Of a stretch of DNA of 36,708 bases, positions 14,876 to 24,198 are shown piece after piece. The DNA is from a virus (Duplodnaviria; Caudoviricetes). The DNA lies in the IMG/VR virus record IMGVR_UViG_3300038797_000104, positions 1 to 36,708 of that record; one strand, written 5' to 3'. The notes beneath the pieces are model-generated. The model was not told the DNA's origin and searched no databases. It saw only the letters and a list, made by a program, of their open reading frames with translations. Positions within the stretch are counted from its first letter, which is position 1. Every line of letters starts with the position of its first letter. The position numbers and the translations under genes are program-made.

Positions 14876-16555
14876 ATGCTTTGGACTACGGCCTGCCCCG
14901 ATTGGTGGCAGCGGCTGGCTGCCGGCGAATCCATCATTCCCGAGCCACTGTTTCTCCAGGAAGCAGAGGAGAGTCTTGAGGTCTTTAAGGGGCTTCGCAT
15001 CGTTGATGCTCCGGGAAGTCCAACCATCGAGAGTGCATGCGCCCCGTGGGTTCTTGCATTCGCCGGCGCCGTGTTCGGTAGCTACAACACCGAGACTGGC
15101 GAGCGCCTGATTCGGGAGTTCATGCTCTGCATCCCGAAGAAGAACAGCAAATCAACAATCGCTGCAGCGATCATGCTGACTGCCCTGGTTCGCAATTGGC
15201 GGATGTCAGCCGAGTTCATCATTCTCGCGCCGACCAAAGAGATTGCCGACAACGCCTTTGTGCCGGCCAAGGACATGGTCAACAACGACGATGAGCTGAA
15301 GGATCTGTTGCATGTACAGCCACATCTTCGACTGATCACTCACCGAGAAACGGGCGCCACGTTGAAAGTAGTGGCCGCTGACAGCGACGTAGTCGGTGGT
15401 AAAAAAGCAGTCGGCGTGCTGATCGATGAGGCCTGGTTGTTTGGCAAGAATCCCAAGGCCGCCGACATGATCCGAGAGGCCACTGGCGGACTGTTGTCGC
15501 GCCCTGAAGGCTTCATTATTTGGCTGACCACACAGTCGAACGAACCGCCAGCTGGCGTATTCCGATCGAAGCTGAACTATGCGCGTGGCGTGCGGGATGG
15601 CCGCATTAGCGACAACCGCTTCCTCCCGATCATCTACGAATTCTCGAAGGAAATGATCGAAAGTGGTGATGCTCGGAAGCCCGAGTATTTCCACTTGGTC
15701 AACCCGAACATGGGCTACTCGGTGGACCGCCCCACCCTTGAGCGTCTGCACATGCAGGCCGAAATTGATGGCGAGGCGGAGATGCGCGGCTTCCTGGCCA
15801 AGCATCTAAACATCGAAATTGGCCTTGCGCTCATGTCCGACAGCTGGGTCGGCGCTGCCTTCTGGGAGCCTCAGGCCAAGGAGGGCATGACGCTGGACGA
15901 TCTGCTTGTGCAGTGCGAGGTGATTGTGGTCGGCGTCGACGGGGGCGGCCTGGACGACTTGTTGGGCCTTGCGGTCATGGGGCGTCTACGAGAATCGCGT
16001 ACCTGGCTGCACTGGGCTCACGCTTATGCCCACCCGTCAGTGTTGAAGCGTCGGAAGTCAGAGGCTCCGCGATTGATGGACTTGGCAGCGGTTGGCGACC
16101 TGACTTTGGTGCAAAAAATCGGCGATGACGTCGCACACCTCGCGGCGACCGTCGCTCGGATAAATGCGGCCGGGTTGCTCGACAAGGTTGGGCTCGACCC
16201 TGCAGGAATCGGCGCGGTTCTCGATGCGCTGGCCGATGCGGGCATCGAAGAAGACCAGGTGATTGGTATCTCGCAAGGCTGGAAGCTTACCGGCGCAATC
16301 AAAACCACTGAACGGAAGCTCGCGGAGGGTGCGCTGCTGCACTGCGGTCAACCTCTGATGGCCTGGGCATGTGGCAATGCCAAAGGCGTGCCGTCCGCCA
16401 ATGCCTTTTTGATCACAAAACAGGCCTCTGGCACCGCAAAAATCGACCCACTCATGGCCACGTTCAACGCCGTTTCACTGCTCGCACTGAATCCGGAGGC
16501 GCGCGGCGGCATGGATGACTACCTCAATAACGGCTTTTTCGGACTAGTAGGCTGA
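14876..16555 (+). CDS. terL: Terminase large subunit
   Basis: IPKKNSKS Walker A, VLIDEAW Walker B, GVDGGGLDDL nuclease motif, KIDPLMA. Confidence 0.95.
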   Translation: MLWTTACPDWWQRLAAGESIIPEPLFLQEAEESLEVFKGLRIVDAPGSPTIESACAPWVLAFAGAVFGSYNTETGERLIREFMLCIPKKNSKSTIAAAIMLTALVRNWRMSAEFIILAPTKEIADNAFVPAKDMVNNDDELKDLLHVQPHLRLITHRETGATLKVVAADSDVVGGKKAVGVLIDEAWLFGKNPKAADMIREATGGLLSRPEGFIIWLTTQSNEPPAGVFRSKLNYARGVRDGRISDNRFLPIIYEFSKEMIESGDARKPEYFHLVNPNMGYSVDRPTLERLHMQAEIDGEAEMRGFLAKHLNIEIGLALMSDSWVGAAFWEPQAKEGMTLDDLLVQCEVIVVGVDGGGLDDLLGLAVMGRLRESRTWLHWAHAYAHPSVLKRRKSEAPRLMDLAAVGDLTLVQKIGDDVAHLAATVARINAAGLLDKVGLDPAGIGAVLDALADAGIEEDQVIGISQGWKLTGAIKTTERKLAEGALLHCGQPLMAWACGNAKGVPSANAFLITKQASGTAKIDPLMATFNAVSLLALNPEARGGMDDYLNNGFFGLVG

Positions 16556-16557
16556 CC

Positions 16558-17772
16558 ATGTCATTCAAATGGTACAACCCCGCGACCTGGGGCTTCTTCG
16601 GGTATACCGATCCGGCGACGGGCGACTATGTCGAGGTCGATCTTGAGGTCGGAGGCAAACGCACCAAGTCAGGCGTAAAGGTCACCACTAAAACGGCGCT
16701 GTCGATCAGCATGGTCTGGTCTTGCGTCAAGATACTCTCCGAGTCGCTTAGCGGCCTGCCGCTCAAGCTGTATGAGGACAAGCAGGGAGGGCGATCGCTT
16801 GTCGACAGAAATGATCGGATGCTCAAGCTGCTGAGAAAGCCAAATCCCTACATGACCATGCTGAACTTTCTGAAGTTCGTGGTCGTAAATATGGCACTTC
16901 GCGGCAACGCATTCGCCTTGATCGAGCGCAACAGGAACGGCGACCCGATCGGATTGGTGCCTCTGGATGGTCGGACAGTCAAGATCGACACCGAAGACGA
17001 ACTCCTCTATTGGGTCACGCCTAGCGAGGGGGCCCCTTACCCTGTGTCTCCTGAGCACATCCTTCACTTCAAGCTGTTTAGCCTAGACGGAATCGTCGGC
17101 CTTTCTCCTATTGAGCACCAAGCAGAAACCATGGGGCTCGCCAAGGCTGGCCAACAATGGTCGGCGCGGTTCATGCGCAAGGGCGGATTCACCGGCGGTT
17201 ACGTTATTTATGAGCAGTTCCTGACCAAAGCCCAGCAGGCTCAGGTGATGGAGAAGTTTCCCGATGTGCGTAAGGCCGACGTCGACGACATTGGGAAAAT
17301 GGCAATCCTTCAGGGCAACCCAAAAATCGTTCCAGCGGGTATCAGCCAGAAGGATGCCCAGTTCATCGAGTCTCAACAGTTCCAGGAAGAGGCAATAGCT
17401 GGCATCTACGGGGTGCCGCTATGGCTGGCCAACCGCGCCGGCAAAACATCAATCATGGGCTCGAACCTGGAGCAGCAGCTCACCGGGTTCATCACCTTCG
17501 GACTCAAACCCTACGTCGACGCGGTGGAGGACGAGTTCAACGACAAACTCTACCGGGTCAAATCACGCTTCTGTGAGTTCACCGTCGAGGGACTGCTGCG
17601 TGCTGATAGTGCTGGCCGCGCTACTTACTACGGCAGCGCGCTTGGAGGTTCAGGCGGGTCTGGATGGATGACCATCAACGAAGTCCGCGTAAAGGAAAAC
17701 CTGCCTCCCCTGGAAGGCGCCGAATACAACCGGGTCACCCGGTGGGAGATGGAGAAGAATGTCGAATCTTGA
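16558..17772 (+). CDS. Portal protein, HK97 family
   Basis: VWSCVKILSESLSGLPL, PNPYMT, RGNAF, GLSPI, WMTINEVR..ENLPP. Confidence 0.95.
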   Translation: MSFKWYNPATWGFFGYTDPATGDYVEVDLEVGGKRTKSGVKVTTKTALSISMVWSCVKILSESLSGLPLKLYEDKQGGRSLVDRNDRMLKLLRKPNPYMTMLNFLKFVVVNMALRGNAFALIERNRNGDPIGLVPLDGRTVKIDTEDELLYWVTPSEGAPYPVSPEHILHFKLFSLDGIVGLSPIEHQAETMGLAKAGQQWSARFMRKGGFTGGYVIYEQFLTKAQQAQVMEKFPDVRKADVDDIGKMAILQGNPKIVPAGISQKDAQFIESQQFQEEAIAGIYGVPLWLANRAGKTSIMGSNLEQQLTGFITFGLKPYVDAVEDEFNDKLYRVKSRFCEFTVEGLLRADSAGRATYYGSALGGSGGSGWMTINEVRVKENLPPLEGAEYNRVTRWEMEKNVES

Positions 17773-18400
17773 AGTTCCGTTTGAGCTCAAGTCCGTTGAC
17801 GAAGCTGGTAACTTCGAGGGCTACGCGGCGGTTTTCAATAACGTGGACTTGGGCGATGACGTGATCTTGCCAGGCGCGTTCACCCGGGTTAAGGCGACTC
17901 GCGGTGGCAAGCTCAAACTCGCCCTCTATCACGACCTAACTCGACTGGTGGGCGCAGCCGACTATGCCCAGGACGATCACGGTCTTCTGCTCAAAGGGCG
18001 GGTCAACCTCAACGTCAGCTACGCCCGCGATGCGTATGAGCTGATGAAGGCAGAAATCCTCGACAGCATGTCGATCGGTTTCAACACCATCAAGGCAGAT
18101 TTCGAGGACCGCGCCGGCCGGCGTGTTCGCATCATCAAGGAGGCCGAACTCTGGGAGGCTTCCTTCGTACCGTTCGGCATGAACCCCGAGGCGCAAGTCC
18201 TCAGCGTGAAGTCGGACATCAGGCTTTTCGAGAAGGCCCTGCGCGAACGCGTGGGGCTATCGCAGAAGGAAGCGGCGGCGGTCGCTTCGCTCGGCTATAC
18301 CGCGCTACGCCGTGATGGTGGGAGCGAGGCCACGGCGATCGTGGAAGAGCTGAAAGACATTTCCACAATCTTTGCCAATCATTTTGGAGTAACGCCATGA
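17759..18400 (+). CDS. Prohead protease, HK97 family
   Basis: FEGYAAVFNNVD, LYH, SMSIGF, LWEASFVPFGMNPEA. Confidence 0.95.
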   Translation: MSNLEVPFELKSVDEAGNFEGYAAVFNNVDLGDDVILPGAFTRVKATRGGKLKLALYHDLTRLVGAADYAQDDHGLLLKGRVNLNVSYARDAYELMKAEILDSMSIGFNTIKADFEDRAGRRVRIIKEAELWEASFVPFGMNPEAQVLSVKSDIRLFEKALRERVGLSQKEAAAVASLGYTALRRDGGSEATAIVEELKDISTIFANHFGVTP

Positions 18401-19599
18401 GCGAAGTGAAAGAACTGAAAGAATCCCTCGATCAACAGCTGAAAAGCGGCTTCGAGGGGCTGCAAAAGAAATACGATGCCGCCATGGACGAGGTCCAGAA
18501 AGGCAACCAGGTCACTGGCGACCTGAAGAGGCAAATCGAGGACCAAAAGGGAGAGTTGCAAAAGGTCATCGATCAGGTTCAAGACCTAGAGCAGAAGGGC
18601 GTCAAGCTGCGTGGCGTTCCGGGCGAAGGCAAGTCCTTCATCGACATGATCAAAGGTGACGAGGCTTACAAGGCGCTCAACCAGAAATCTGCAAACCGCG
18701 CCGAGATCGAAGTTACCAAATCCGATCTGGCGAGCATGAAAGAAGTGAAGGTCACCAGCGCCGGTATTGTCGCGCCGATTTACGACCCTGTCATCCAGCC
18801 AGGTATCCGCCAGGAACTGCGCATCCGTGACCTGCTCACCGCTATCCCTGTGACTGGCCAGCAGTACACTTACTTCCGCGAGCTGCTGCACACGCGAGGT
18901 GCTGCTCCAGTGGCAGAAGGCGGCACCAAGCCAACTAGTGACGTGACCTTCGAACCAGTCACTGATCGCGTGAAAAAGATTGCGGTCTGGATGCCGGTCA
19001 CCGAAGAAGCGTTGGACGATATCCCGCAAATGCAGGGCTACATCCAAGAACTGCTGCGCTACGACCTGAAGCTGGAAGAAGAAAACCAAATCCTGAAGGG
19101 CGACGGCACTGGCGAGAACCTGAATGGTTTGATGACCCAAGCTACCGTCTACGACGCGGCCCTTACCAAGGGCGGAGATACCTCGATCGACATCGTGCGT
19201 CGTGGCATCTACCAAGTGCGCAAGCAGTCCAAGTTGTCGGCCGATGGCGTCGTGATGAGCGAGCTAGACTGGATGAACATCGAGCTGCAGAAAGACGGTG
19301 AAAATCGCTATCTGTTCGCCAACCTGCAAGGCTTGGTAACCCCAGTGCTGTGGGGCCGTCCGGTTATCACCTCCGACAGTATGGATGAAGGTGATGCCGA
19401 CACCGGCGGCGAGTTCCTGATCGCCAACTTTGCCCGTGCTGCCATCCTGTTCGACCGCATGACCTACCTTTTCAAGATGGGCCTGATCAACGACATGTTC
19501 ATCAAGAACCAGATCGCTCTTCTTGCTGAAGAGCGTCTGGGGCTGGGCGTTCGCCGCAAGGAAGCACTGGTCAAGGGACAGTTCACGGTGGCACTGTAA
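18397..19599 (+). CDS. Major capsid protein, HK97 fold with N-terminal delta domain
   Basis: Coiled-coil N-terminus; VAEGGTKP, LKGDGTGENLNGL, LWGRPV. Confidence 0.95.
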   Translation: MSEVKELKESLDQQLKSGFEGLQKKYDAAMDEVQKGNQVTGDLKRQIEDQKGELQKVIDQVQDLEQKGVKLRGVPGEGKSFIDMIKGDEAYKALNQKSANRAEIEVTKSDLASMKEVKVTSAGIVAPIYDPVIQPGIRQELRIRDLLTAIPVTGQQYTYFRELLHTRGAAPVAEGGTKPTSDVTFEPVTDRVKKIAVWMPVTEEALDDIPQMQGYIQELLRYDLKLEEENQILKGDGTGENLNGLMTQATVYDAALTKGGDTSIDIVRRGIYQVRKQSKLSADGVVMSELDWMNIELQKDGENRYLFANLQGLVTPVLWGRPVITSDSMDEGDADTGGEFLIANFARAAILFDRMTYLFKMGLINDMFIKNQIALLAEERLGLGVRRKEALVKGQFTVAL

Positions 19600-19615
19600 T
19601 TCAAAATCACCCTTC

Positions 19616-19641
19616 AAGGCCGGCCATTCGCCGGCCTTTTT
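19616..19641 (+). terminator. Terminator after the capsid gene
   Basis: AAGGCCGGC-CATTC-GCCGGCCTTTTT. Confidence 0.8.
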
Positions 19642-19656
19642 GTTTCTGGAGGCAGC

Positions 19657-19875
19657 ATGAAAATCAAAGCTTTGTGGGGTTTTGTAGGTAGCGCCGAACT
19701 ATTGGGCGCCGCATCGCCCCAGGTAAAAACTGGGCAGGAGTTCGAAAACGTCGATGACGAATACGCCCATCTCCTGATCGGGAAAGGCCTGGCGGCCGAG
19801 CTCGATGCCAACGGCAAGCTGAAAGTGGCCAAGCCGAAGGAAGGTAAGCCAGCGGCGCCCAAAGAGGCCAAGTAA
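19657..19875 (+). CDS. Small head-region protein
   Basis: GGAGG RBS; A..LI.KGLA motif with Lys/Pro-rich tail; lies between capsid and connector. Confidence 0.7.
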   Translation: MKIKALWGFVGSAELLGAASPQVKTGQEFENVDDEYAHLLIGKGLAAELDANGKLKVAKPKEGKPAAPKEAK

Positions 19876-20184
19876 ATGCTAGACATGACCACCGTGAAGT
19901 TACACCTGCGGGTTGATGGCGATGAAGAAGACGCGCTGATCGGTGGATACCTCGAGGCGGCAAAGGCGCATGTTGAGCAACATTGCGACCGGCAGCTGGT
20001 GGATGCTGATCCCGTCGAACCGGAGCAGATGGGACTGACGCGCGATGTGGAGCAGGCCATCCTGTTGCTGGTTGGTCACTGGTACGCTAACCGCGAGGCG
20101 GTCGTGAGTGGCACGTCAGGCGTAGGAGCTGCTGCAATGCCGCTCGCCGTTGATCGACTTCTCTGGTACAGGAAACGCTTCTGA
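19876..20184 (+). CDS. Head-tail connector (HK97 gp6-like)
   Basis: VKLHLRVDGDEEDALI...AILLLVGHWYANRE. Confidence 0.92.
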   Translation: MLDMTTVKLHLRVDGDEEDALIGGYLEAAKAHVEQHCDRQLVDADPVEPEQMGLTRDVEQAILLLVGHWYANREAVVSGTSGVGAAAMPLAVDRLLWYRKRF

Positions 20185-20546
20185 TGGCACAGCTTGAACC
20201 TGGTGCCGGCGAACTCGACCGGCGCATCACCATTCGCTTGCGCGAAGACTTTGCGGTTGAGGACGCCGGCCTTAAGCCCACCTTCTCGCAGGCGCGCCAC
20301 AGGTGGGCCAAGATCCGATCCGTCGGCACAGCCGTGTACACAGACAGCATGCAGACTGACGATCGGATCACTCACCGGATCTGGGTTCGACTGTTGGAGG
20401 GCGTCACCACATCCCATGAGGTAGTGGCGGGCACCGTGATCTATCGCGTCAAACGCAGTGCGCCGTGGGGATCTGGCAAGCGCTTCACTCTGATTGAAGT
20501 GGAAGAGCTCGGCCAACTGAAGCCGAGTGGAGGTGTCTATGTCTAA
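20184..20546 (+). CDS. Head closure/head-tail adaptor
   Basis: AGELDRRITI...WAKI...THRIWVR; position. Confidence 0.85.
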   Translation: MAQLEPGAGELDRRITIRLREDFAVEDAGLKPTFSQARHRWAKIRSVGTAVYTDSMQTDDRITHRIWVRLLEGVTTSHEVVAGTVIYRVKRSAPWGSGKRFTLIEVEELGQLKPSGGVYV

Positions 20547-21060
20547 CTCGGCATCGATCGACGGATACCTGCACGTCGAGGGCTTCGACAACTTCCAGCG
20601 TGACGCTTTCGATAAAAGGAAGATCCGCGCCGGGATGCGCAAGGTCGGCTTGTTGATCGTGCAGCGAGCCCAGATGAATCTGGTGCTGGGCAAAGGACAG
20701 GTCGGCTACCCGGTGAACCGCACTGGTGCCACGGTCGAGTCCGTGACCTACAAGGTTTCCCGATCGGGGTTTCTCGTGCGTATCTCCCCGACCAAAACAT
20801 CAGCAATGGAAGAGTTTTATCCGGCGTACCTCCATTACGGCGTGAAGAAGGGCCGCAAACTGGGGAAGCTGGCGCCGGGGCAGGGGAAAGGAAAATCCAA
20901 CCGCCGCGCGCGAGGTGAGCGTGCTGCAGCTTTGGCTGAGCGTGCTGCCGGCGAATGGCGCATCAAGCCACGCGACAACTACATGGCCGACGCACTGCAG
21001 GATTCGGCTTCGCAAGTTCAATCGATCCTCTCTACCGCTTTCGCAAACGCGCTGGGCTGA
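20539..21060 (+). CDS. Putative tail completion protein (HK97 gp10-like)
   Basis: P..RTG, FYPAYLHYG, IKPRDNYM; GGAGG RBS. Confidence 0.7.
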   Translation: MSNSASIDGYLHVEGFDNFQRDAFDKRKIRAGMRKVGLLIVQRAQMNLVLGKGQVGYPVNRTGATVESVTYKVSRSGFLVRISPTKTSAMEEFYPAYLHYGVKKGRKLGKLAPGQGKGKSNRRARGERAAALAERAAGEWRIKPRDNYMADALQDSASQVQSILSTAFANALG

Positions 21061-21080
21061 TCGCTGCCCCGGACACCCGC

Positions 21081-21671
21081 ATGAAATTGAATCCTATCGT
21101 TGCCCATCTTCGGCTGGCGTGCCCAACCTTTGCCGGTCGAATTGCGGGCGGCATCGACTGGGACTCTGTCGTCGACAGCGCTCAGCTTGAATTGCCGGCC
21201 GCTTATGTGATCGCCACGGCCGACGCTGCCAGCCCGAGCAGAGCCCAGAACATGGTCATTCAGGACATCACCGATCAGTTCAATGTGGTGATCGTGCTGA
21301 AAACGTCGGATGAGCGCGGCCAGGCCGACAACGATCTGTTGCACGACATCCGCGCTGAGCTCTGGCGCGCTCTTGTTGGCTGGATGCCAGGGCCTGAGTA
21401 CACACAAATCGAATACGGGAAGGGCGCCTTGCTGCATATCAGCCGGGCGCGGGTTGTTTACCAGTTCACCTTCTTCTCCGAATTCCAGCTCGGCCGCAAT
21501 CGTCGGGACCAGCCGCCAGAAACATGGCAGGAGTGGGAGCTCGACGGCTTGCCGGGGTTCACCGGCGCGACCATCAACATGGACTGCATCGATCCTGCAG
21601 ATCCCAACCTGAAACGACCTGGCCCTGACGGGCGCATTGAAGTTGCATTCACTGGAGACGTAACACCATGA
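21081..21671 (+). CDS. Putative tail terminator protein
   Basis: LPAAYVI, ELWRALVGW.P; position before the sheath. Confidence 0.7.
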   Translation: MKLNPIVAHLRLACPTFAGRIAGGIDWDSVVDSAQLELPAAYVIATADAASPSRAQNMVIQDITDQFNVVIVLKTSDERGQADNDLLHDIRAELWRALVGWMPGPEYTQIEYGKGALLHISRARVVYQFTFFSEFQLGRNRRDQPPETWQEWELDGLPGFTGATINMDCIDPADPNLKRPGPDGRIEVAFTGDVTP

Positions 21672-21874
21672 CCAAGCGCATCACTGTGGTGCCGGCCGCT
21701 GGCCGCTCTGTGCCCGATCCGGAGGCTGGCGACCTGTTGCCCGTTGAAGGTCGGGAAGTCCCCGACAACGCCTGGTGGCGCCGCCGCCTCGCTGACGGTG
21801 ACGTCAAAACCAAAAGTGTTGAAACCCCATCCACCAAAGCCAGCAAAACGGCGCCGATCGAGGAAGGCAAATAA
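21668..21874 (+). CDS. DUF2635-like small tail protein
   Basis: GRSVPDPE.G.LLP.EGREV...WWRRRLADGDV. Confidence 0.8.
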   Translation: MTKRITVVPAAGRSVPDPEAGDLLPVEGREVPDNAWWRRRLADGDVKTKSVETPSTKASKTAPIEEGK

Positions 21875-23370
21875 TGGCCATCGGATTCAGCAACATTCCC
21901 GCCGATATCCGAGTGCCGCTGTTCTATGCGGAGATGGATAGCTCGGCGGCAAACAGCGCTTCGAGCGCGATGCGCCGTCTCATCGTTGCGCAGGTCAATG
22001 ACGACGCCGAGAGCGAAAGCATCGGCAAGCTGGTGCTGGTCTCCAGCCTCGCGATCGCCAAGAGCATTGCCGGCCAAGGCTCGATGCTCGCCGCGATGTA
22101 CGAGACCTGGCGCAAGGTCGATCCGATTGGCGAGGTCTGGTGTCTGCCGCTGCAAAATGAAACCGGCGAATCCTCTTCGGCAACCATCACCATCACGGGT
22201 GCTGCTACCGAGGCCGGGCTGCTGAGCCTGTACATCGGCGGCGTGCGCGTCCAGTCGGTGGTTGCATCGGCGGCAACCCCGACGATTGCTGCCGCTGCCT
22301 TGGCCGTGAAGATCAACGCCACACCAGACCTGCCCGTCACCGCGGCGGCCGCTGCAGGCGTGGTGACGCTGACCTGCAAATGGACCGGCGAAAGCGGCAA
22401 CGACATCAGCATTCAGATGAACCGCCTTGGCAAGTCCAACGGCGAATCCACCCCTGCTGGCTTGACGGTGGTCACCACGGCCATGACCGCGGGCGCTGGC
22501 GCGCCGGATGTGGTGGATGCAATCGCCGCGCTGGGTGATGAGCCCTTCGAGTTCCTGTGCCAGCCATGGTCGGACACGACCACGCTGAATGCCTGGAAAG
22601 ACGCGATGGACGACAACACTGGTCGCTGGAGCTGGGCAAAACAGTTGTTCGGCCACGTCTACACCGCCAAGCGCGGCACCATCGGCACGCTGGTTGCCGC
22701 CGGGCAGGCGCGCAACGATCAGCACATGACCATTCAGGGCGTCGAGCCCGGGGGGCCTCAACCTGTGTGGGTGGTGGCGGCATCGCTCGCGGCACGCACG
22801 GCGGTGTTCATCTCTGCCGATGCCAGCCGTCCAACCCAAAGCGGTAGCATGCCAGGCGTCGATCCGGCACCGGCCAGTGACCGTTTTACCCTGACTGAAC
22901 GCCAGTCGCTGCTGAACTACGGCATTGCCACTGCGTACTACGAAGGCGGCTACGTGCGCATCCAGCGCTCGATCACGACCTACCAGAAAAACGCCTATGG
23001 CCAGGCCGACAATTCGTACCTGGACAGCGAAACCATGCATCAGTCGGCGTTTATCGTTCGGCGCATGCAGAGCGTGATCACCAGCAAGTACGGCCGGCAC
23101 AAGTTGGCCAGCGATGGCACCCGCTTCGGCGCCGGTCAGCCGATCGTGACCCCGGCGACCATCCGCGGCGAGCTGATCGCCCAGTACGCCAAGCTCGAGC
23201 TGGAAGGTCATGTGGAAAACGCTGACCTGTTCGCCGAGCACCTGGTGGTGGAGCGCGATCTGAACGACCCGAGCCGGGTCAATGTGCTGTTCCCGCCTGA
23301 CTACATCAACGGCCTGCGCATCTTCGCGCTGCTCAACCAGTTCCGCCTCCAGTACGACGAAGCGGCGTAA
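21874..23370 (+). CDS. Contractile tail sheath (Mu gpL-like)
   Basis: FSNIPADIRVPLFYAE, GSMLA.M, DPSRVNVLFPPD. Confidence 0.95.
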   Translation: MAIGFSNIPADIRVPLFYAEMDSSAANSASSAMRRLIVAQVNDDAESESIGKLVLVSSLAIAKSIAGQGSMLAAMYETWRKVDPIGEVWCLPLQNETGESSSATITITGAATEAGLLSLYIGGVRVQSVVASAATPTIAAAALAVKINATPDLPVTAAAAAGVVTLTCKWTGESGNDISIQMNRLGKSNGESTPAGLTVVTTAMTAGAGAPDVVDAIAALGDEPFEFLCQPWSDTTTLNAWKDAMDDNTGRWSWAKQLFGHVYTAKRGTIGTLVAAGQARNDQHMTIQGVEPGGPQPVWVVAASLAARTAVFISADASRPTQSGSMPGVDPAPASDRFTLTERQSLLNYGIATAYYEGGYVRIQRSITTYQKNAYGQADNSYLDSETMHQSAFIVRRMQSVITSKYGRHKLASDGTRFGAGQPIVTPATIRGELIAQYAKLELEGHVENADLFAEHLVVERDLNDPSRVNVLFPPDYINGLRIFALLNQFRLQYDEAA

Positions 23371-23387
23371 CGCTCAACTGAACACCC

Positions 23388-23410
23388 AGCCCGCCCTGTG
23401 CGGGCTTTTT
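23388..23410 (+). terminator. Terminator-like hairpin between sheath and tube
   Basis: AGCCCGC-CCTGT-GCGGGCTTTTT. Confidence 0.65.
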
Positions 23411-23429
23411 CATTCTGGAGACAAAGACC

Positions 23430-23777
23430 ATGGGCGAAAAAGTAGCCGGCACCGCGTACGTAAAAGTAGACGGTGAGCAGCTGACCATCACGGGGGGCGC
23501 GGAAGCCCCGTTGATGGAAGTAAAACGCGAGACGATCTATCCCGGTTTCTTCAAGGAAGAAGAGCTCGCGCCTTACCTGAAGATGACCGCGCTGATGCCA
23601 CAGGATTTTCCGATCAAAAAACTGGCCAACGGCCGAGATATGACGGTGACCTGTGAATTCAACAACGGTCGGGTCTACGTGCTGTCGGGGGCATTCATCG
23701 TCGATGAGCCTTCCTTCAAAGGCGACGACGGCACACTTGAATTGCAATTCGACGGAGTGAAAGGGAGCTGGCAATGA
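23430..23777 (+). CDS. Tail tube protein (Mu gpM-like)
   Basis: VAGTAYVKVDG...NGRVYVLSGA; follows the sheath. Confidence 0.9.
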   Translation: MGEKVAGTAYVKVDGEQLTITGGAEAPLMEVKRETIYPGFFKEEELAPYLKMTALMPQDFPIKKLANGRDMTVTCEFNNGRVYVLSGAFIVDEPSFKGDDGTLELQFDGVKGSWQ

Positions 23778-24067
23778 GCGCAGTAAAATTACAGGTGGCG
23801 ATCGAAGCTCACGGCGAGCCGCTGACCGAACTGACCATGCGCCGTCCGACGGTGCAGGAAGTGCGGGCCATCAAGGCGCTGCCGTACAAGATCGACAAAA
23901 ACGAAGAAGTCAGCCTGGACATGGACGTGGCCGCGAAATACATCGCGGTCTGCGCCGGTATCCCGCCATCGTCGGTCAACCAGCTGGATCTGGCAGATCT
24001 CAACTCGCTTAGCTGGGCGGTGGCCAGTTTTTTCATGAGTGCGGCGTCGACTCCATCCACGACCTGA
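23774..24067 (+). CDS. Tail assembly chaperone
   Basis: LTMRRPTV...IPPSSVNQLDLADL; between tube and tape measure. Confidence 0.88.
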   Translation: MSAVKLQVAIEAHGEPLTELTMRRPTVQEVRAIKALPYKIDKNEEVSLDMDVAAKYIAVCAGIPPSSVNQLDLADLNSLSWAVASFFMSAASTPSTT

Positions 24068-24198
24068 TCGCCGTTGCTTATGACCTGGCGTGGTTCTGGA
24101 AAACGGATCCGGAACTGATGTTGGCTCGCCCGCTCGACGTGCTCCGCGAATCCATGGAGCACGCGCAACGAATCAATAATCTCCAGCAGGTGCAGTGA
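24028..24198 (+). CDS. -1 frameshift extension of the tail chaperone (G-T/E-E' type)
   Basis: Slippery T TTT TTC at 24028-24034; -1 frame open (HECGVDSIHDLIAVAYDLAWFWKTDPELML...QQVQ) to a TGA overlapping the tape measure ATG. Confidence 0.8.
   Translation, partial: FFHECGVDSIHDLIAVAYDLAWFWKTDPELMLARPLDVLRESMEHAQRINNLQQVQ

Noticed and set aside
21649-23241. 530-aa minus-strand ORF
   Set aside because: Antisense shadow of the tail sheath gene
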